Below, one piece after another: positions 47,801 to 61,200 of a stretch of 64,000 bases of DNA. The stretch comes from an uncultured virus (IMG/VR IMGVR_UViG_3300015608_000687). Lineage: Duplodnaviria; Heunggongvirae; Uroviricota; Caudoviricetes; Crassvirales. The position numbers and the translations under genes are program-made. Location of the stretch: IMG/VR virus record IMGVR_UViG_3300015608_000687. One strand, 5' to 3'. The notes under the pieces are model-generated. The model did not search any database. It had not been told where the DNA came from and saw only the letters and a program-made list of their open reading frames with translations. Position 1 is the first letter of the stretch. The number at the start of each line of letters is the position of its first letter.

Positions 47801-50491
47801 TTTGTCTAAATTAAACCCAAGTGTAGTAGGAAGAAAAGGACAGAAAATGTTTGATGTAGATGAAAACTTTCCTTTTATCAATTATAAAAATTTAACTCCT
47901 ACTGAACAAGCTAAATTTGAAGCATATAAAAGAAAACTTTCACAAGATTTTAATACTGGTTGGAGGGGTCAATATCAACAAGGTGGTNNAATAAACAGTA
48001 TGGAGGCTTAAATGACCACCTTAGCGTATATCCTATGGGTATGCAGGAAGGAGGAGAAGTAGAACCTACTAGGCAAGATAGTTTAGATTTGTATAACTTT
48101 TATAATCTTCAAAGACAGTTAGATTTAGGATCGGATATAACAACTAGTGCTTTTAATTTGTTTAGTACTCCCGAAAGGTATGAACAATATACTTCTGCTG
48201 GAAAAGCTAGGCAAAAAGTTTTACATGATGAAGCTGAAAAATTATTGCAGCGTAATCCTAATTTAAGAAAAGGTTTATATACTGAAAGAGCTTCTGATAG
48301 TAATGATTACTATACCAACGGCAGTTATGATTTATACCATCCCAGAATTAAACCAAAAGGAATTTATTGGGGTAGTGCTGTTAATGAAGACTACTCAAAC
48401 GTTAAACCAGCACCCTTTGTAACATCTAACTCTAATATGGATGAGAAAGGTATAATTAGGTCTCAAAAAACTAATAATATATTAATGAGCAGAGCTAATA
48501 TTTATAAAAAACCCATCAGGCCTGTAAAATACAAACCTGTTTCTACAGAAGCTACTCAAGATACAGTCTTTGTACCTTCAAATGAACCCAAAGTATCTGC
48601 AACTTCACCTAATGATACTATTTTAGAATTAGGTAGGTCTACTGTAGGTAAAGATGGAAAAAGATTATATCGTAAGGGTACTCAGGATATTAGTGAACAA
48701 GAATTTAATCAATTGTTACAAACATATCCAAAAAGCAGAGTAAAAGAATACGGTTTTGGTGGAAAGTTGTTTAAATCCATAGGTGATGGATTACAAAACA
48801 GCGGAGCTTTTTTAGCAGATAATGCTTTAAGCATAGCTGGTGCTACTGAGGCTGCTAATAATTTATACACAGATAGTAGATTTGGTAAAGCTGCTCAGAA
48901 TGTTTCTAAGATAACAAATCAAATTAATAAAGTAGCAGGAACCATTGGTGCTACTGCTTTAGGTGGTCCTGCTGCAGGTATGGCTATGGGTCAAGTTCAA
49001 AATATGACTGGTAATATAAATAGAAAACCTAATCAAGAATATAATGATTGGGATGTAGCTGGTCAATACGCTGGTTCATTAAGTTCAATGGCTGGTATGT
49101 TTTATAATCCTGCTGGAGCAACTTCCAGCGTTAATCCTAAGGCAAAATATGGCGGTTCTATCCGTAGAAAAATAGCAAAACAAGGTGGTACAATAAGACC
49201 TACCAAAGGAGGAATGTTTATTAATGAAGGTTTTGGTGTAGAACATGCTTTAGGCAATCTACATGAAGACGGTGGTATAGTTTACAATGACAGAACAGAA
49301 GTTGAAAACAATGAAAAAATTCTGGATGGTAACTATGTACTTACTGACCAACCTTATAGTGAACCTTACATGAAAGAAAGTATTTCCAGAAGATTTGATA
49401 AAAACAGTAAAGCAATTAGTGACAGAAACAACCCCGATATAACTGAATCAGCTATGAGCTTTCTAAAAGATGAAGCAATAGCTAAAAACGAAGAATATTT
49501 AGAATCTTTAGATAACATGACAGGTAAATATAAAAAAGGCGGATTAATAAATAGAAGAAGAGCCTTAGATTTTATGTATAGAAAAATGCATAAACAAGGA
49601 GGTGTTTTAAGTAATTTAGGAACACAAGAAGGAAGAGTTGTTACTAATAGAGGAATGTATGGTCCGGGAGGTGGTATTACAGATAAATTAAATCAAGAAG
49701 AAGCTTTAAAAATGGCTCAGCTAAAACAAAGCCTTTTACAAAATCCAACAAATCCTGTTTCTCAAAGACAATACTATATAGACCCTGTTCAAGAAGCTTA
49801 TGATCCAACTTGGATGGGTGCTGTGTATAATACAGCTAGGACGGCTGTACAAAGGGCTAATGACATTAGTAATGACCCTAATTACGCTGGTTATGGTCAG
49901 GGTTCTAAAGGTATTCCATACAGATATCCAAGTCCAAAACCTCAAACTCAAAAACAATTTCCTTGGGAAGATGCTTTATATGGTGCTGCTAGTTTAGCTC
50001 CGGCTTTATATAATATGGGAGCTGGTTTGTTTGGTAAAACCCAACAATACAATCCTGAGAATTATATAACAAGAGGAAGGCTTAGTTATAAACCTATTAG
50101 TGGAGAAGAAACTAAAAGACAAATTAATTCTCAAAGAGCTGCAACAGATTATCAATTGAGAGATGCTGGCATAACTTCAAGAAGAAGTAGATTAAACAAT
50201 AGTTATAATGCAATGCAGACAATGGCTCAAGCTCAAGAAATAATTGATAATATTAATACTCAGGGACAGCTTGAAACTGATAAATATAACATAGGTTTAG
50301 ACCAAGATAATAATAGAATCAGACTTACTGTTGCTGATATTAATGATAGAAATAGAGCAGCAAGACAAAATATGCTAGCTCAAGGATTTAGTGATATTAG
50401 TGAATTTGCACAAGGAACAAGGAGAGATAAAATTATGAAATCTATGCTCACTAAAATGTATGGTAGAAGAGGTGGTAGAATTGCTTGGTAA
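44832..50491 (+). CDS. large cargo (ejection) polyprotein with N-terminal peptidoglycan-binding domain; probably one gene split by the NN gap
   Basis: LQTKLKNLG.YSGKIDGIYGPLT; recurring xxGG motifs; frames 44832-48011 and 47960-50491 swap at NN 47988-47989. Confidence 0.7.
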
Positions 50492-50516
50492 TCAAGTAGT
50501 TAATTTTCACTAAAAA

Positions 50517-50547
50517 TTTGGAATAATCTAAAATTATATTATATTTG
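50517..50547 (+). promoter_or_regulatory. Bacteroidota-type promoter
   Basis: TTTG(50517)-N19-TATATTTG(50540); ATG 5 nt downstream. Confidence 0.75.
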
Positions 50548-50552
50548 CACCA

Positions 50553-52289
50553 ATGGCTATAAATAGATACATGCAACCCGCAGATTTTCAATATGTTCCA
50601 TATCCTGCGGAATTTATGTTGCAAGCAAATGAGCTATATCAAAAAAGAAAAGATGATGCTGACGCTAAATTAGATGAATTATCTGGTTTAGCTGCTGCAT
50701 TAAATCCAGCTCCGGGTAATGAAAACTGGGCTATAGATGTTAAGAATAAATATGAACCTAGAATTAAAGAACTTTCTGAAAAGTCTTCAAACATGACTCC
50801 TAATGAGTTAAGGTCAAGTGCCAGAAGACTTATTTCAGAATTTAGAAATGATTCTGAAGTACAGGCAATTCTTAACAACAGAACTACTTGGGATAAACAA
50901 TGGAGTGCTATATTGAATAACCCTCAATTAAAAGGAGCCATATACAACAATCCGGGAATATTAGACCCTTATGGTAAAGTACAGCAGAATAGGTCTGTGT
51001 ATGGCAATCTTGACTATATTCCACCAAGTGCAGATTATCTTGAAGAGATGGATGCTTTATTAAAAGCTGTTCCTACAAGAATTATTCCTGTAATGGGTTC
51101 TAGTGTACAAGATGTAGACGGTGTTAAAGTATTAAGAGAATACAGAGGAAATAAAGAAGTAAGAGATGCTTCTGATTTTGAAAGAACTATTCCCGAATTA
51201 ACAAAGGCTTTACTTGATCCACTTAGTTCTAAATATAATTATATGAAAGCTAAGTTTGAATTAGAAAATGGACCGGGTTCATTTAATGAAGCTAATGTTT
51301 CTCAATATTTATATAGATTATCTGAAAGACATCATGTAAATAGAGACAATACTCAAAGAAATGACCAAATAGTTCCGGGACAATTTGATAACAAATCTGA
51401 TTCAAGTCCATCACTAACAGCAGCCACTAATTTTATGATTGATGAACCTTCTGTTGAAGAAACTGTTGCTGAGGTAGATAATGCTGGTTTTAATGATAAA
51501 GAACCAGTGTTAATTCCTAAAGGTGGTTATTCAAGTGAAAAAGAACAATATTCTTTAGGTGATTATTCTTTAGGTGCAAGACCTTATTATCAAATTGGTG
51601 GAGAACAAAAAACCGCAGGTTCTCCTTTACAAGATAGTAAGATGATTAAAGGTGCTGTAGTATCTGAACCAGCTACTGTATATTATAAAGTTGCAGAAAT
51701 AATTCCTCCAAAAAATAAAAAAAATAACTATGAAACAGAAACTAAAATAGGAGATATTGTTACCTTTTCAAAAGGTGAAGACACATGGTATAAAATAGAC
51801 CAAGCTCGTACAATGGGCGAAGGTAGAGAACCTGATAATGTCAGACCTTCTAAGGAAAATGGTCAGTTGATTTACGATAGAGATGATGGTTCTAAAGTAA
51901 TTGTTCAGCCGTTTATGGCTAGAAGAATTAAAGATGAAAATAATATTTCGTATATTGAAGAATTATCTCACGAAGAACAGTTGTATTACAATGGGGGTAA
52001 GTCTTTTACTGGAGAAAATTATATGCAAATTTCAACAAATGGAAAAGCTTATCGAAACAGAAATTTAATACCGGATGAAAATAAACTTAAAGTTTTATTA
52101 AGAGATTATCAACCAGAAGTTGTTAATGCTGTTTTAAATGCAATAAACAATTTAGAACAAGGTAAAATAACAGACCCTGAACAAATTAAAAAGATGGTTG
52201 AAGGTATAAATACTACTTTAATCGAAGGTGCTTTACAAATAGAAGAAAACAAGAGACAAAAAGGAGAAAGAAGTGGCAGACACAACTAA
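50553..52289 (+). CDS. cargo/ejection protein preceding virion RNAP
   Basis: MAINRY..PA...YVPYP N-terminus; synteny with crAss-like cargo genes. Confidence 0.7.
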   Translation: MAINRYMQPADFQYVPYPAEFMLQANELYQKRKDDADAKLDELSGLAAALNPAPGNENWAIDVKNKYEPRIKELSEKSSNMTPNELRSSARRLISEFRNDSEVQAILNNRTTWDKQWSAILNNPQLKGAIYNNPGILDPYGKVQQNRSVYGNLDYIPPSADYLEEMDALLKAVPTRIIPVMGSSVQDVDGVKVLREYRGNKEVRDASDFERTIPELTKALLDPLSSKYNYMKAKFELENGPGSFNEANVSQYLYRLSERHHVNRDNTQRNDQIVPGQFDNKSDSSPSLTAATNFMIDEPSVEETVAEVDNAGFNDKEPVLIPKGGYSSEKEQYSLGDYSLGARPYYQIGGEQKTAGSPLQDSKMIKGAVVSEPATVYYKVAEIIPPKNKKNNYETETKIGDIVTFSKGEDTWYKIDQARTMGEGREPDNVRPSKENGQLIYDRDDGSKVIVQPFMARRIKDENNISYIEELSHEEQLYYNGGKSFTGENYMQISTNGKAYRNRNLIPDENKLKVLLRDYQPEVVNAVLNAINNLEQGKITDPEQIKKMVEGINTTLIEGALQIEENKRQKGERSGRHN

Positions 52290-55200
52290 AAAAAAGAAAT
52301 TAGGATTTCCTTTAGGTGTTGATGAAAACATGTTTTATAACCCTGTTATAGAGGGTGATAAAATTGAAGAAACACCTATTATACCAAACTCGGAATTATT
52401 CTATTCTGGTATTAAAACCAATACCGGAGATTATACAGTAGATGACTTTGTGCAAGGTGCTATAAACAACTCAAGAGAAAAAAACAGAGTTGTTGGAGCA
52501 GATGGTAAAGAATATACTTTTGATGAATTAGACGATTTGGGTATATCTTCTATTGATGCTTTTTTTCAAGGATATAGTAATAACATGTATGGTAAAAAAG
52601 CAATTAAAAAAGGTTTTGAATTACCATCACCAAATCCTTTATCCTATCAACCTACAATAGGAGATAAAGTAGTATATGCTGGTGCTGATGAAGAAGGTAA
52701 TCCTATTCTTAAATTAGTTGATGGAAATGAGGAAGATATTAAGAAAGTAGACGGAATTGTTTTTGACATATATGGTCCAAAACCAACGAGCCGCAGTTTT
52801 ACAAGTGCTTTTTATGCTAATTTTAGAAACGCTCTTTCCCCTGTAAGTATTGGTTCTCAATTAAGTTCCTTTCTTGAAATGAGTACTGATATTGGAGAAA
52901 TGATTAAAAATTATCTCGATCCTAATATTAGAAGATTTGAATCGGAAGAAGGAACTACTGATGATATTGCTGAATATTTTTCTAATAAAAAAAGAATAGA
53001 TTTAACATCTCCCACACTAGAGGAGTCTGAGCATCCTTGGAGTTCTGCTGCTGGTATTTCTGGAAATCTTGGAAACGCTGCTGCATCTTTAGTTTTATAC
53101 GGAGGTTATAGTAGAGCATTATCTCTATTTACAAATCCCAATTTCGGTATGTGGGGTGCTGGTTTGATATTAAACACAGGAGAAGCTTATGAATCAGCTA
53201 AACAATCTGGATTAGATGAAGAAGATGCTGCAATGCTTTCTCTTAGTGTTGGTTTTATCAATACACTTTTAGAACAGAAGTTTGGTGCTAACTTGGTTAA
53301 CAGATGGTTAAGTGGCGGAGGAAGCAGAGAAATCTCTAAAATAGTGTTGGATGAAACCAAAGGTGTTTTAGATAAAGCTACTTTAAATGCTGTTTCAAAT
53401 ACTGTTTATAACAGAGTATTGACAGGAATAAAGAATTTTACTGAAAAACAAATAATTGGTAGTGCTTCAGAGGAGTTTTTTGAAGAAGGTATGCAAACCT
53501 TAATTGGAAAAACTGCTGAAGTATTATATGACAGAGCTGTAGAAGGTAGTGATAAAAAGACTTTTGGTACAAGATTCGATAAAGATACTTGGGCTGAAAT
53601 CTTTGGTAGTGCTGCTGTTGGTGCAATAATGGGTGGTGTAGGTGGAGCTTTTGTGCCTAAAGGTAAAGAAGCTAATATCTACGATTATATTATTAAAGGC
53701 AAGACTGACCAAGTATTTGCTGTATTGGACCAAATGAAATTAAGAGGAGATATTACTCCTGAACAATTTGACAGCTATACAGAAAGATTAAACATGCTTA
53801 GTGACCTATGGGGTAAAAACTCTACGGTGTTTAAAGAAATAAAAGAAGCAAAAAACGATAAAATAAATACTGCAGCTTTTAGTCATATTGATGGAATATT
53901 CCATGCAAAGAATAAACTTGAGAATATTGATGCACAAATTGAAGCTGTAAGAAACGATAATTCTTTAGTTGATGTTGTTAAAGAAGAAAAGATAGCAGAA
54001 CTTGAACTAAAGAAAATAAACATAAAAGACGAGATACAATTCCGAGAATCTTATTTAAAGAATTTTATAAAAGATTCTAATGGAAAAGTTGCTGTTTTAG
54101 ATAATCCTAAAATAGCTTCTACAAAATATACAAACGAACAATTCACTAAATTTATTTTAGATAAAGAAAATCAATCTCACGAAGAAACCTTAAGAGCTGC
54201 TGTTGCTGAAAAACAAGTGTTGGATTTGATTCCTGAAGACCAATTAACAGATGAACAAAAAGAAGATAAAGAGACTTTGACTGGTCTTATAAAACATACA
54301 CAGGAGTTAATTGATGAGAAAAATAAGATAATTCAAAGCATTGATGACAACAGAGTTGCAGAAGAAGAACTGGAGGCTCAAGAACTTCAAAATAAGAAAG
54401 CTGAAGAGAAGCAAGAGATTCTTGAACAAAAGAAAGAAGACTCTGAAACTCCTGTAGAAAAAATTGATGATAAACCTGTTTTAGGTTATGTGCAAAAAGT
54501 ACAACCAAACGGTTTACTTGAAAGCATTGAGGAATACCCTTTTGTTGCTAAGACTTTTAATCAAACTACCGGACGTAATGAATACGATATAGTATTACCT
54601 GATGGTTCAATTGAAAGAGTTGATAATCCAACATTTGTTGAAACAGATGGTTCTTCTGGAACGCAAAGTTCTGGTAAAGTAGTATTGAATGGTGTTGACC
54701 ATTTTTCTAATCCTTTGTTTTGGAATTATTACAGAGAGGTTGAAATGCTTAAAAACATTTCTGCGGCAGAAGGTATTTCTGAAGCAGAATTGCTTGAAGC
54801 ATATGGTCAGGAAGGATTTCCTGCACATTATCAAAGAGCTTTACTAGAGCATATATTAGCTACAAGACCTAATTGGAGAGATTATATAAAGCTTGAAGCT
54901 GTTCAAAATAAACAATCTCCTGAATATCTTGCGAAACCTGTTGATTTAAAAAACAAAAGAATAAGAGGTAAAAGATATTCCGGTGTAAATATTACCTTAA
55001 GTATAACTAATCCTGAGACTGGAGAAGTATACAGATTAGCACATACTTTAGATACTGATTTTTTTGAAGAAGTAAGTGATGAAGGAGTTGTTACCCCTAT
55101 TGATTTTCTTAAGCTTGATTACAACGAGTTTAATAGTAAGTTTGCGTTCAGGTCTTTCGGAGAGAAGAATGAAAGAAATGCAACGCCGGAAGAATATGAA

Positions 55201-58200
55201 AAATTCCTGTTAGTTTATGAGTCAGCAATGACTTTTAACAAGTGGGTTAATAAGTGGTATTCTGACAATAATTATAAAGATATTGTTCCAATACCGGAAG
55301 AAGCTTATAGTCTGGAGCCATATGGAATGTTGGATTTTAAACATAAGCTTGACCCAGAAGTTGCAATAGCTGATATACCTGTACTTGAAAATGCACCAAT
55401 TATAGCACCATTTCAAAGTACTTTAAAGACAATAAACGGCTTACCACTTCCATCTGGTTTAGATTTTAATCTTGAAATTACTTCAGGAGCATATTATGCA
55501 TTAGCTCAATTTCCAAATGGTTATAACACTTGGGTAAGACTTAATGGTAAAACAATTGAGCAAGATAAAGAACTTGAAAAAGAACTTTCAGAACTAATTA
55601 AGAATGCAAATAATTTTGCATCTAATTTTGATTCTACAACAGCACTTAACACGTTAGTTGAATTTGAAGGTTCAGAAGTTGAGCTTAAACAGGCTTTTAA
55701 GACCTTATCAGACAGGCTTGGGTTTATACAGTCCAATGACCCAAGAATATCTGTAAATTGGTCTATTGACGTTCCTATGGCTTCTGAAGATGCTTTGCCT
55801 AACTATCAGGTAAAGCTGGAATTTAAATTTACAGAAGAAGGTAAGTCAATAAAAGGTTCTTCTTTGTATATCACTGATTTTGAATCAATTAGTGACTTAT
55901 TGAGTCAAATAAAGGAACATGAGAAAAAGAACGCTTTTTTAATAAATAAAGCAAGAGTTCTTTATTCCGTTGATAAATCTTCTTTTAAGTCTTGGCCTGC
56001 TTATGGTGACTTGGGATTAAACTATAAGAAAAAGCTTTATCCGGTAACTAAACCGAATATTGTTAAATCTTGGAATGTTAAAATAAGATTTAACGGAGAA
56101 GCTTTAATGAAAGAGGTTCCTTTAGCTGTTAGTAATTACACACCTTCGGATATTGATGAAAGTGTACCGTCTGAATTTTCTGGAACTGAAATAGAAGACT
56201 TTATAAAAGAACAAGAAACTGATATACAAACTAAAAAAGCTGAGACAGAAAGAAGAAGACAAGAGGAATTAAATAAGGACAATGTATTATCAGAATTAAA
56301 AAAAATAGTATCGAAGGAAACCTTTGAAAATGCTAATACAGAAGGTCAAATAGAACAAAGGGTTATATTTGTTAAAGAGCATTCAAATAATGAAAAGGCT
56401 AAAGAATTAGCTAAACAATGGTTAAATATCAAAAATCATTCTGATAAAATCAATGCTAGATACGATGCAAAAATAAAAGCATTAGAAGAGCAAACTGCTC
56501 AACCTGAAATAAAAGCTAAAAAAGCTTATATAGAAAAAAGAAGACAAGAAGAACTCAAATCTTTACCTCTTGCTGAAAAAAGGGATGAGATAAATAACGC
56601 TAATGTTATGGAAGTTATCCCTGGGGATAAGTTTGGTAATGTAAGACCTAAGTATATTCCGTTTATTATAATTGAGGAAGCTAATAAAAATGATAAGTTA
56701 GGAGGTCAAACAGCCAGAGAAATTAATATTAGAGGAGGTTACTCTACTAAAGAGTTAGATAGTAAACTTCCAAACTGGAGGAATTATTTAACAGGTGCTA
56801 AAGAAATCAATGCTAAATATGATGCAGAATATGTAGATGCTGTTAAAAAAGGGGAAATGACTAAGGAGCAAGCTATGCAAGCTCTTGAACAAGCAGGTAG
56901 AAAAGGTAGTGATGCTTATACAGAATTAGCTGCTTTAGAAAATAAAAAGTCTGAACAAAATAAATTATCTAAATTTAAAAAAGAAGATTTAGATAAATAC
57001 GATAATATTGATTTTAAAATAGTTGATAGAGGTACTATAAACTATACTCTGACTTTAGAAGATGCAAGAGACTGGGTTGCTAAAAGATTTGGCAAATCAG
57101 CTTTTGTTCAAAATATTGATACACTTATTCATAACTCTGAAATAACAGGAATTCCTGTTGGTGCTGTTGTGAATAACATAATGTATTTAAGAAAGATAGG
57201 TGATAAAACAGATATGTATCACGAAGCTGGTCATATTGTGTTTAATAATTTCTTACCTTTTAAAAGACAAAACGCATATATAGAGAGAATAAAGAATGAA
57301 TTAAAATGGTCTCCAAAACAACTTGAAGAAGCTAAACAAAAACTAAGAGCAAGAAGTTCCAGATATAGAAATATGTCTGACGCAGCTCTTGAAAGAAAAG
57401 TCTATGAAGAACAAATCATGGACAAATATGCTGATTGGCAAACTAAAAGAGAAGAAACTAGAACTTGGTTATCTGATTTTTTCAACAGTCTTAAATCTTT
57501 TATTGATTGGTTATTCAATAACAAGAGTCTTGTTGCTTTGTTTAATCAAATTGACAGAGGTGCTTTTAGAAATGCAAAAGCAAAGAACAAATATGGTGAA
57601 ATAGATTTCAAGATTGTTCCCGGATTTAATCCTGTCACAAGTAATGTGTTTAAATCTCAGTTGGTGGGATTTATGATAAATGCTAAATTACCAGCTACTT
57701 TATCTGGTTTTGAAAAAGCATATGATATGTTATTATCTACATATGATGTAGATAATTCAGATGTTCAGAAATTTATTAAGAACAGCACCATTGAAGATTT
57801 AGAAACTAAAATGGCTGTAGTTTGGTCAAGACTTTCTAAAGCAGAAGCTAAGAATGTTCTTATGAATGAAGTTATAAAATTCTTTAAAAAGAATAAATAT
57901 AATCCTGAAGTTGAGGTTTATGATGATTCTTCTTCTGAAGAAGGAGACAGAGTTTATGATAAACCTGCTAATGAAATAGACCCTACAGATACTATAAATG
58001 AAGTTGTCAGAAACTTCTTGGCTACTACGTTAGCTATTGATAAAGATATATTTGGAAGACCTGTTGAAACAGTTATCCCTTGGCAAACTGTTTATAACAG
58101 ATTGTTACCTGTTTTATCTGTTACTCACACTAAATCTTCAGATATAATCAGAAGATTATCTTACATGTCTAAGGACAGTAATGATACTTTTATACAAGCT

Positions 58201-61200
58201 GTTTACGAAAGATTAATAAAAGAAACTGGTTACAGCAAAGAAACTCCAGATGGTGTTGGTACAGAAGGTAAGAATCTTTTAATAGCTTTTAAAAATGCTT
58301 TTGCTTTAGAGCAGAATCTTTATTTACAAGCTGTGCTTGATAATGGTCAGGCTTCTATACATATAGAAAATAAAAAAGATTTAGGTCAAAAGACTAAAGA
58401 AGAATGGGAAGACGACCACATTAAGAATTATCTTAATAAAGTAAATGCCGATAAGCAGATTGCGTCAAAAGTCAATAAAGATTTTGAACACTTATTGTTA
58501 AGACTGAGTAGCAATCCTGCTGATGTCGAGCTTTCTAAATTCAAGAATTACAGACCTGAAAATGCTGTACTTGAGGTTTTAAATTCTGTTGGAATAAAAC
58601 TTCAAAAGAAACATGCACAAGCTGCTTTTGGTGAAGAAACTGATGATGTTGAAGAAAGAAGAATTGTAAATGAAAATAAACAACCCATAATCACAATATC
58701 AGATATAAAGTTGATTTCTGAATATTTGAAAAAAGGTCAACCTTTATTTTCAGGAGAAGAAGGTGTTGATACGCTTGCTTCTCAAATAAAGCTGATAGCT
58801 ACTGCTGATGCCAGATATAATCCTTTTATTGTAGCTAAGACTTATCAGGATGCTGCTGGAAAGAAAAGATATTCTTATTCAGAAGCTAATATGATGCATT
58901 CTGAAATACATAAGTTGAGAACTGATGTTTACAATGAGTCGAGATATAATGAGTTGTTAAACAGACAAAATGGTTATTTTAAATACAATAGTCTTGTAAA
59001 CAAGAGTTATCAGGATGCTAAAAACATTCTTAATAACTTATGGCCCCACCTTATTTATGATTTATCTGTCAGAGACGAGAATCAAACAGAAGGTATTACA
59101 AGCAAATCAGCTACAGACGGTGACTTTTTAGTTCTAATGCATATGTATTATCAGAGAACTATAAAGAACTCTGAGACTGGTAATAAACCTTTTTCTATAT
59201 TCAGTATGTCTCAAATTTCTGATAAGACATCTCAATATGGTTTCTTTTTACCTGTTGACAGATATGTTACAAACGGTAAGTTGAATGAACTTGGTAAAAA
59301 GGATTTGTGGAATATGTTTAAAACAGACCTTTTCACTAAACAAGAAAAGTTTAATACTGGTTACATATTCAAAGGAGATTTGTTCTTTTTTGAGTATTTG
59401 AAATCTGATATTAATGTAGGAGATTATGTAAAAGCTCTTATAAGTAAAGAAACTTCAATAGAGGATGTTACCCCGGAAGTTGAAAATATGATAGTTAAAG
59501 CTATCTATGATAAATTAATACAGCAAGCAAATGACCATATTAAGATTCTTCAAGATATGGGTCTTTATGATAATGTTGTTACTCCGGCTTTAAAGAAGGA
59601 ATATCCCAATATTCTTGATTATTTTGTCAATCATCAGTTAAACACTTTTATCAAAGTAAATGATGCTTACAAATTAATTGGGGGTAGTCCTAATTATACT
59701 AAAGGTTGGGATGACTTTATTAAGCGTATGGGTAGAATCATTGCTGCTGGTAGAGATTTTTCTGCTGGAAAATCAACTACTTATCACAGAGTTGCTTTTA
59801 CAGATGACCAAGTTGTATTTGTAAATCCTGAAAATTTTGATGAAATAACAACTGATTCTAAAAAAGCTAAAGAGCTTGGTTGGGATGAAATAAATACAAC
59901 AGATGCTCAGGTATGGTCTACAACTAATTCTAAACTTGAAGACATGCGTAAGCTGGGTCTTTTGACAGATGCTCTTGAAAGTGTTCTTTTAAGAATGTCT
60001 GTTGTAAAAGACAATGATGGAAATCTTGTGTTTCCTAATCCCGATGATGTTCCTACAAGAGATGAAATAGAGGCTGCCGGACTTGATTTAATTCCATCTA
60101 AACAAGTTACAGGTGGTAAAACAGATGATTTAAAAGAAGTCTATAACAAGATGGCTGTTCATTATCTGTCTTTTGTTGATTTGGCTTACCATGATGGTGA
60201 AAAATGGATTCCCAGACCAGACAGATTGTCTTTATATAACAAATACATGATGATGGTTAACAATGATGTTACTCATCTTGTTCCAAAATCTGCAGCAAAG
60301 ATGTTTTATGGTTCTCCTGTAAGCCATTCTTTTTTGAATGAATACACAGGACAAACTGTAAATACTTATATTGTACCAGACATATATAGAAGATTACAAG
60401 TTCAAAACAGCACTAAATCAAAGAAGAATATAGTTTTATCAAACCAGATTCTTAACATCATTGGTTCTGAATTACCTGATACTGAAGAAAACAACAGATT
60501 GAAAACTAGAATGCAACAAAGCATTGCTAGGATGAAATCTCAGGATTTAAACTTCTTAGATAGGATATTAGTTGGTTCTGATGGAAAAAGACCTGATTTA
60601 ACAGTATTGTTGAATACCTTAATGAGTATTGCCGAAGATTCTTCTGGTGATAGCCAGATGCTTGAGATGTTGAGTCATACTAATGGTAAACCAAATTATG
60701 ATACTAACGTAGCACACATTTCCTCTAAGTTTACTGAAATGTTCTTTTCCAGATATAAAGATGTATTCAGACAGAAAGGATTTGGTAGAATATTGACAGC
60801 AGTTTCTTCTGACGGTTATAACGTAATTGAAGATAAGGATACTGGTGAAATCATTACAGATTATACAGAGTATAATCCAGATAAGCATAAAATCAGACCT
60901 TTAAGAGGTATGAGAAACAGTGAATCTGGAATAACTCCTGCTGAAATATTTATACCCAGAAAGTATGCAGAATTATATAACTTACAAGTAGGTCAGGAAC
61001 TCACATCAGATTTGTTCAAAACAATTCTCTACCGTGTACCTTCTCAGTCATATCACTCTGCTGCTATAGCTAAAGTAGTTGGATTCTTACCTGATTATTA
61101 TGGTGATACAATAGTTGCTCCTAAAGAGTTTGTATTGCTTATGGGTATGGACTTTGACGTGGATAAGCTCTATATGTACAGTAAGGCTTTCTATCAGAAT

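Noticed and set aside
47960..48011. Programmed frameshift between the two cargo ORFs
   Set aside because: The frame change coincides with ambiguous NN bases, so an assembly artefact is simpler
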